Below, one piece after another: positions 58,572-64,000 of a stretch of DNA of 64,000 nt. This DNA comes from an uncultured Leptospirales bacterium (lineage in GTDB: Bacteria; Spirochaetota; UBA4802; UBA5550), in assembly GCA_964439325.1 (NCBI GenBank), contig CAYTNW010000005.1:100592-164591 (forward strand). Reading direction: 5' to 3'. Made by a program: the position numbers and the translations under genes. The first letter of the stretch is position 1, and each line of letters starts with the position of its first letter. Below the pieces are notes generated by a model, which ran no database searches, was not told where the DNA came from, and was given only the letters and a program-made list of their open reading frames with translations.

Positions 58572-58598
58572 CCCCCCTTATACCCTGTAAAAGGGGGG
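58572..58598. other. GC-rich hairpin CCCCCCTT-N11-AAGGGGGG followed by TGTCAA/TTGACA repeats
   Basis: Seen directly in the divergent intergenic region upstream of the dnaI-like gene. Confidence 0.3.
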
Positions 58599-58695
58599 CA
58601 ACGTAATAGGCGTCAATAATTAAAGAAACGTGTCAATTAATCTTGACAATTACATTTGTAATAAAGCTTGTTTTATATAAAAAGTAAACAAATTA

Positions 58696-59502
58696 ATGAA
58701 AATGAAAAAAGAAGAGAAGAAAAAATTCTGTTCATATTGCGATTATACCGGGATTATCCAGAACCAGGGATTTGATATTCTCGGTGAGAATGTGCTGAAT
58801 CCATGCCCCAAATGCGTAATTCCATCCTGTAAATGCAGCGGAGAAGATCCGTACTACGTTTTTGACGGTGAAAACATAACCCCCTGTTCATGCAGGGAGG
58901 TGAGAATGAAAATCGACCGGATAATCAGCATCTATTACTCCTCCGGGATTGGAAAGTATTTCAGATGGAAGACATGGGGGGATTTCAAACCTGAAAGCGA
59001 AATGGCACAGAAGGCTTACAGCACTGCATATGATATTGTTTCCAATTTTCCCGACGTAAAAAAAGGCCTATATCTATGGGGAAATCCAGGTACCGGCAAA
59101 ACGCTCCTGTCGGTAATTATCCTCACCGAGATAATAAAACATCACGCGATAAAGGGACAGTTTATAAAAATATCGAGAGATTTTTTCAATATGCTGAAGT
59201 CCACCTTTGTCGAGGGATCGGAGAGGTACGGCGACGCTAACAGAATTGAAAGGGAGCTGGCCACGGTTGATATTCTTGTGATTGATGATTTCGGCGTACA
59301 GAGGGATTCCCCCTGGGAGCAGGAGACCCTTTACAACCTTATCGACGCAAGATATGAAAACGAAAAATTTACAATAATAACTTCTAATAATAATCCGGAA
59401 CAGGCATTGAAAGATCTCTCCGGGGGCCGTATATTATCAAGGATCAGGGAGATGTGCAGGGTCCTTGAACTTAGCGGGAAGGATTACAGAGAGAAGAAAT
59501 AA
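58696..59502 (+). CDS. DnaI/DnaC-like helicase-loader AAA+ ATPase with N-terminal Cys-rich zinc-binding domain
   Basis: Walker A GNPGTGKT; Walker B ILVIDDFG; N-terminal CxxC..CxxC..C.C cluster. Confidence 0.65.
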   Translation: MKMKKEEKKKFCSYCDYTGIIQNQGFDILGENVLNPCPKCVIPSCKCSGEDPYYVFDGENITPCSCREVRMKIDRIISIYYSSGIGKYFRWKTWGDFKPESEMAQKAYSTAYDIVSNFPDVKKGLYLWGNPGTGKTLLSVIILTEIIKHHAIKGQFIKISRDFFNMLKSTFVEGSERYGDANRIERELATVDILVIDDFGVQRDSPWEQETLYNLIDARYENEKFTIITSNNNPEQALKDLSGGRILSRIREMCRVLELSGKDYREKK

Positions 59503-59963
59503 TGGCCGTTGTCTATATCGGGCTTGGGAGCAACGTAGGTGACAGGAGAGGGTACCTCCGTAACGGAAGGGCCAATGTACTGAAGAGGTGCGGAGCGGTA
59601 CTTGCGGCAGAGAGTTCGGTAAAGGAGACAAAAGCAGTCGATTTCGAAAATCAGCCCGATTTTTTAAACCAGGTGATAAAGATTGTTTCGGACCTTGGTC
59701 CCTATGAACTGCTGAAAGAACTGAAACAGATCGAAAAAGATATGGGACGTATCTTCAGATTTTCAAAGGGCCCCCGTGAAATTGACCTTGATATTCTCCT
59801 GTATGATGATATTATTATTGAAGGGAGCGGCTTAACGATTCCGCACCCCGGAATACTGAAAAGGGATTTTATTCTGGAACACCTGTTAGAGCTTGACCCG
59901 GATCTGATGGAGCCTGTTTCAAAGAAAAAATATTCGGAGGTATTACGCGATGGCGGCTTTTAA
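59502..59963 (+). CDS. folK: 2-amino-4-hydroxy-6-hydroxymethyldihydropteridine pyrophosphokinase
   Basis: VYIGLGSNVGD N-terminus; REIDLDILLYDD motif. Confidence 0.85.
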   Translation: MAVVYIGLGSNVGDRRGYLRNGRANVLKRCGAVLAAESSVKETKAVDFENQPDFLNQVIKIVSDLGPYELLKELKQIEKDMGRIFRFSKGPREIDLDILLYDDIIIEGSGLTIPHPGILKRDFILEHLLELDPDLMEPVSKKKYSEVLRDGGF

Positions 59964-60792
59964 AAATATAAACGATTTTGCGAAATCCAAAAAAGATAAA
60001 TCCCCGATTTCGATGGTGACATGCTACGATTACGGATTTGCGAGGCTCGTGGAGCAGACCGATATCGATGTAATACTGATAGGGGATTCGCTAGGAAACG
60101 CCATTGCCGGTTACGAGAGTACAATTCCGGTAACTGTAGACCAGATGATATACCATGCTGAAATTGTCAGAAGGGGCGCTCCGTCAAAGTTTATCGTCTG
60201 CGACCTCCCCTTTATGAGCTATCATGTCTCTGTGGAGGAGAGTCTCCGCAATTCCGGAAGAATAATGAAGGAAACAGGCTGTAACGCGGTAAAGCTTGAG
60301 GGGGGAGAGGATTTCATCCCGGTGGTCAGGGCGCTGGTCAGGGCATCAATCCCCGTAATGGGCCATCTCGGCCTTACACCGCAGTCGGTACACAAACTCG
60401 GCGGTTATACCGTACAGGGGCGCGATGAGGACAAACGAAGAGTGATGATCCGGGACGCAAAGCTTCTTGAAGAGGCCGGGGCATTTTCCCTTGTACTTGA
60501 GATGGTTCCGGAAGAGCTTGCCAGGGAGATCACAGAGTCGATATCTATACCGACGATCGGGATAGGTGGGGGCCGTTACTGCGACGGGCAGGTGCTGGTG
60601 TTGAACGATCTTCTCGGCATGAACGAATCTTTTACGCCGAAATTTCTGAAAAAATATGCCGACCTGTCAACGATTGTAAGGGGCGCACTGAACGATTACA
60701 ACAGAGAGGTTAAATCGGGCGCTTTCCCCGGAGAGAATAATATCTTTAAAAATGAAAAGAAAGATGAAGCGGGAAAGGTTTATTCACGATAA
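59950..60792 (+). CDS. panB: 3-methyl-2-oxobutanoate hydroxymethyltransferase
   Basis: MVTCYDYGFARLVEQ and IGDSLGN motifs. Confidence 0.9.
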   Translation: MAAFKNINDFAKSKKDKSPISMVTCYDYGFARLVEQTDIDVILIGDSLGNAIAGYESTIPVTVDQMIYHAEIVRRGAPSKFIVCDLPFMSYHVSVEESLRNSGRIMKETGCNAVKLEGGEDFIPVVRALVRASIPVMGHLGLTPQSVHKLGGYTVQGRDEDKRRVMIRDAKLLEEAGAFSLVLEMVPEELAREITESISIPTIGIGGGRYCDGQVLVLNDLLGMNESFTPKFLKKYADLSTIVRGALNDYNREVKSGAFPGENNIFKNEKKDEAGKVYSR

Positions 60793-60864
60793 GAGGATTT
60801 TTGCCGTTTTCAGATGACTTTTCACTGTGTCTGATTATATTTATTATAACTGTTAACTATTTAA

Positions 60865-61096
60865 TTAGTATATTTAATGTCACTGCGAGGCATCGAATGC
60901 CGCGGCCGGCTTTATTAAAACATCCTGTTTAGTGCCGGCAGGCGAACATCGTTTTCGCTCGCAGTCTGTTTTGTAAAAATTCCTGTTTTTATTATGAAAT
61001 TTTATTTTTTTTAAAACAGATTGCTTCACGGCGTTTACATTGAGCCTGTCGAAGGGTTCGCAATGACAGAGGTCTGATCAATTCGTGAACTGCTAT
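60865..61096 (-). mobile_element. MITE-like non-coding repeat, copy B (inverted relative to copy A)
   Basis: Reverse complement aligns with 16877..17133 at about 90% identity with one 23-bp indel. Confidence 0.6.
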
Positions 61097-61177
61097 AGTT
61101 GAATGTTTAATGAAATTTTAACATAGATAACTGCGGAATTATACCGCGATAAAAAAAGAAGTTTTACGGAGGAGCAT

Positions 61178-62188
61178 ATGAGCACTAGAATTTCTGTTAA
61201 CGGTTTCGGACGTATCGGAAGAAATATCGTAAAAGCGATTTTCATGTATCCGGAGAAATACGGCTCGCTTGAAGTTGTGAGCGTAAACGATTTAACTGAT
61301 CCGGAAACTCTCGCCCATCTTTTCAAGTACGATTCCATCTTCGGAATCTTTCAGGGTGACGTTTCCTATGATGAAAAATCGATAATAATAAACGGGAAGA
61401 AGATACTGGTCCATTCCGAAAAAGATCCCGCGGCGCTTCCATGGAAGAGTGAGGGAATCCATGTTGTTATTGAATCAACAGGTAAATATACCGAAAGAGA
61501 TAAGGCCGCAGCTCATCTTTCGGCCGGAGCAGAACGCGTGATAATCACGGCTCCTGCAAAGAAAGAGGACATCACGATAGTAATGGGCGTTAATGAAGGT
61601 ATGTATGACAAGTCAAAACATCAGATAATTTCCAACGCATCGTGTACCACAAACTGCCTGGCCCCGGTGGCCAAAGTCATCAATGACAGGTTCGGCATTG
61701 AAAAGGGGCTTATGACCACAATACACTCTTACACGAACGACCAGAAGGTCCTCGATGCCCCGCATAAGGACCTGAGACGCGCAAGGGCGGCTGCCCTGTC
61801 GATGATACCGACAACAACCGGAGCGGCCAAGGCCGTCGCGCTTGTAATTCCGGACCTCAAGGGGAAGCTTGACGGAGGAGCGATCCGTGTCCCGACCCCC
61901 GATGTTTCGATCGTCGACCTTACATGCGTTGTAAAGAAAGACGTTACCGTCGAGGAGATAAATAACTCGATTAAGGAAGCTTCTCTTGGAGCGATGAAGG
62001 GTATCATCCAGTACTGCGACGAGCCGCTTGTTTCGGTCGATTTTACCGGGAACAGCTACTCCTCGATATTTGACGCTGAGCTCACAAAGGTGAGCGGAGG
62101 CAACCTGGTCAAGGTGCTGAGCTGGTATGACAACGAGTGGGGATATTCGCTGCGCTGCGTCGATCTCGCTCTGCATGTTGCAAAATAG
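61178..62188 (+). CDS. gap: glyceraldehyde-3-phosphate dehydrogenase (type I)
   Basis: [12 protein letters not shown]-terminus; [10 protein letters not shown] active site. Confidence 0.95.
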   Translation: MSTRISVNGFGRIGRNIVKAIFMYPEKYGSLEVVSVNDLTDPETLAHLFKYDSIFGIFQGDVSYDEKSIIINGKKILVHSEKDPAALPWKSEGIHVVIESTGKYTERDKAAAHLSAGAERVIITAPAKKEDITIVMGVNEGMYDKSKHQIISNASCTTNCLAPVAKVINDRFGIEKGLMTTIHSYTNDQKVLDAPHKDLRRARAAALSMIPTTTGAAKAVALVIPDLKGKLDGGAIRVPTPDVSIVDLTCVVKKDVTVEEINNSIKEASLGAMKGIIQYCDEPLVSVDFTGNSYSSIFDAELTKVSGGNLVKVLSWYDNEWGYSLRCVDLALHVAK

Positions 62189-62214
62189 AAGGTAATAAAT
62201 AATCCGGAGTTTAA

Positions 62215-62973
62215 TTGTTTATGGGAAGAAGAAAGATATTCGCCGGGAACTGGAAGATGTACAAAACTTACGGCGAGGCTGTTGAACTTGTAAAGGGTCT
62301 CACTGCGGGGCTTAAAAAAACCGAAGGGAGGGAATATGTAATATTCCCTCCGTCTCCGTATCTCAGGGAGTTGTCATCTCTATGTTCATCAACGCCGTTT
62401 GAAACCGGCGCACAGAATATGTATTACGAAAACCAGGGAGCTTTCACAGGAGAGGTTTCTCCGCTGATGGTGAAGGACTGCGGTGCCTCTTTCATACTCA
62501 TCGGTCATTCTGAAAGGAGGCACGTATTTCATGAAACCGATCAGGAGGTGAATAAAAAGGTCAAGGCCGCCCTGTCGCACGGGCTCCAGCCTATGCTCTG
62601 CATCGGGGAGCTGCTGGAACAGAGGGAGAAGGGTGAGACAGAAAATGTATTAAAAGAGCAGCTTGAAGCGGCCTTCTCCGGGATTGATAAAGATGGCGCC
62701 TCAAAAATATCGATAGCCTACGAACCGGTGTGGGCAATCGGAACGGGAAAGGTTGCTACGCCTGAAATTGCCGAGGCTGCGCATCTGACAATAAGGAATA
62801 TTATTAAATCTCTATATGGGGATCAAATCGCATCAGCCATCCCGGTTTTATACGGCGGATCCGTGAAGCCGGATAATATAGCCGGTTTATACAGGATGGA
62901 AAATATTGATGGCGTGCTTGTGGGCGGGGCGAGTCTTGAGATAAAGTCCTTTCTTGAAATAATCAATATTTAA
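62215..62973 (+). CDS. tpiA: triosephosphate isomerase
   Basis: FAGNWKM and AYEPVWAIGTG motifs. Confidence 0.9.
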   Translation: MFMGRRKIFAGNWKMYKTYGEAVELVKGLTAGLKKTEGREYVIFPPSPYLRELSSLCSSTPFETGAQNMYYENQGAFTGEVSPLMVKDCGASFILIGHSERRHVFHETDQEVNKKVKAALSHGLQPMLCIGELLEQREKGETENVLKEQLEAAFSGIDKDGASKISIAYEPVWAIGTGKVATPEIAEAAHLTIRNIIKSLYGDQIASAIPVLYGGSVKPDNIAGLYRMENIDGVLVGGASLEIKSFLEIINI

Positions 62974-63112
62974 TCTGTTCCTGTCGCAGATAATTCAGTT
63001 ATATAAATAAATGATTAAAAACGACTGAAAATCCGCCATTTTACAGGCTTTTTGAGGGTATTATCCCCTGAAAAAGCCCTGTAGAGTGCTTAGATATGAT
63101 AAAAAGCGGGTT

Positions 63113-63140
63113 TTTACCGCAGGCGGTAATTTTTACTAAA
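63113..63140 (+). terminator. intrinsic terminator downstream of tpiA
   Basis: taccgc-ag-gcggta then ATTTTT. Confidence 0.5.
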
Positions 63141-63321
63141 AGTATTTCTTGACATCAGAGTTAGAGGTCTTTAACCTGTCTTCCAATTGTTTATTTGGCG
63201 TCATATCTCGATATTTAAACATCCTGCCGGATTTAAAAGAGGATGTTTGGTTATTCTGAATTAACATAATTGATTAATAATTGTACATATTTAAAATATC
63301 TATTGAAATAAAGAGGGTAAC

Positions 63322-63657
63322 ATGGGTGTACTTATTTCAGTTTTAACGGTAGTCTTCGCTGTTCTATGTGTTTTACTTATAATTATAATATTGCTGCAGG
63401 CTGACAAAGGCGCGGGCATGGGTATTCTCGGAGGAGCCGGCCAGTCAACTTTCGGTTCTTCTACGGCTGATATTATTACGAAAATTACCACCTTTATGGT
63501 TGCTGTCTTTATGATAGGATCACTTGGACTCTCCATTTTAGCTTCAAAAAAGACAACTTCGCTCAAGGATAAAATTTTTACAACAGAAGAAAAAGCCTCA
63601 GGCATGATTGAAAAAACGCCTGAACAGCCGCAGACTGATAAGAAAGACGGAAAATGA
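63322..63657 (+). CDS. secG: preprotein translocase subunit SecG
   Basis: Two TM helices with GMGILGGAGQSTFG motif. Confidence 0.8.
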   Translation: MGVLISVLTVVFAVLCVLLIIIILLQADKGAGMGILGGAGQSTFGSSTADIITKITTFMVAVFMIGSLGLSILASKKTTSLKDKIFTTEEKASGMIEKTPEQPQTDKKDGK

Positions 63658-63740
63658 TCCGTTTTTCTCCCTGCTTTGTACGAGATAACATTTGCCGGTA
63701 TTAATCAAGATAACTAATCGACTAAAGGAAGGAAAAAACA

Positions 63741-64000
63741 ATGTCACAAAAAGATTTCATTTTTACATCTGAATCCGTTTCAGAAGGTCATCCCGATAAG
63801 ATAGCAGACCAGATCTCCGATGCCATTCTTGATGCGCATCTTGCCGGTGATAAGAATTCCAGGGTAGCATGTGAGACCCTTGTCACCACGAACAGGATAA
63901 TTGTTGCGGGGGAGATAACCTCTTCTGTCAGTGTAGATTATGAAAAAATAGCAAGAAAGGTTGTGCAGGAAATTGGATATGATGATCCTGAAATCGGATT
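63741..64000 (+). CDS. metK: S-adenosylmethionine synthetase, 5' partial (continues beyond window)
   Basis: [34 protein letters not shown]; not in ORF track because it runs off the window edge. Confidence 0.85.
   Translation, partial: MSQKDFIFTSESVSEGHPDKIADQISDAILDAHLAGDKNSRVACETLVTTNRIIVAGEITSSVSVDYEKIARKVVQEIGYDDPEIG

Noticed and set aside
63658-63740. SAM riboswitch upstream of metK
   Set aside because: The tpiA/secG-metK spacer is only about 80 nt and lacks the conserved SAM-I/SAM-II helices. There is not enough room for a riboswitch.
1-64000. Prophage, IS element, integron or genomic island boundaries
   Set aside because: No integrase, transposase, recombinase, phage structural gene, tRNA or attC-like site was found. 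The only mobile-like feature is the short non-autonomous MITE-like repeat.

Overview
This is a 64 kb chromosomal window from an AT-rich (about 40% GC) anaerobic diderm bacterium. The gene content looks spirochaete-like, but I cannot assign the organism from sequence alone. The window is gene-dense with about 60 protein genes. I found no rRNA or tRNA genes, no CRISPR array, and no integrase or transposase.

The right end (58.7-64 kb) is housekeeping: a DnaI/DnaC-like helicase loader, folK, panB, gap, tpiA, secG and the 5' part of metK. The rest is accessory, mostly signalling and envelope genes. The named parts are:
- a second-messenger locus at 3.5-8.5 kb: two adjacent paralogous class III nucleotidyl-cyclase-homology proteins with complementary active-site residues, then two adjacent cNMP-binding/GGDEF paralogues with complementary degeneracy
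- a TetR-RND-TolC efflux locus with no membrane-fusion protein gene and a roughly 250 bp MITE-like repeat between the RND and TolC genes; a second, inverted copy of the repeat sits between panB and gap
- a 276-aa highly charged tandem-repeat protein (7 copies of a 34-aa unit, 102 bp DNA period)
- a two-component / STAS / HisKA_2 kinase cluster
- an FTR-like plus glutaredoxin-like redox pair
- a 1009-aa FN3 lipoprotein
- an outer-membrane-protein / ECF sigma / anti-sigma module
- two FGE-fold proteins that lack the catalytic cysteine pair
- a PLP decarboxylase and a type III glutamine synthetase
- a translationally coupled hydantoinase-like / HDAC-like pair
- a NeuB-like / secreted protein / polysaccharide deacetylase operon
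- glpK, a standalone MshEN-type (c-di-GMP-binding) domain ORF, ilvE and myo-inositol-1-phosphate synthase

Several candidate operator palindromes and intrinsic terminators are listed.

All protein calls rest on motifs I recognise by eye in the provided translations. No database search was run. Coordinates I refined by hand may be off by 1-2 nt.
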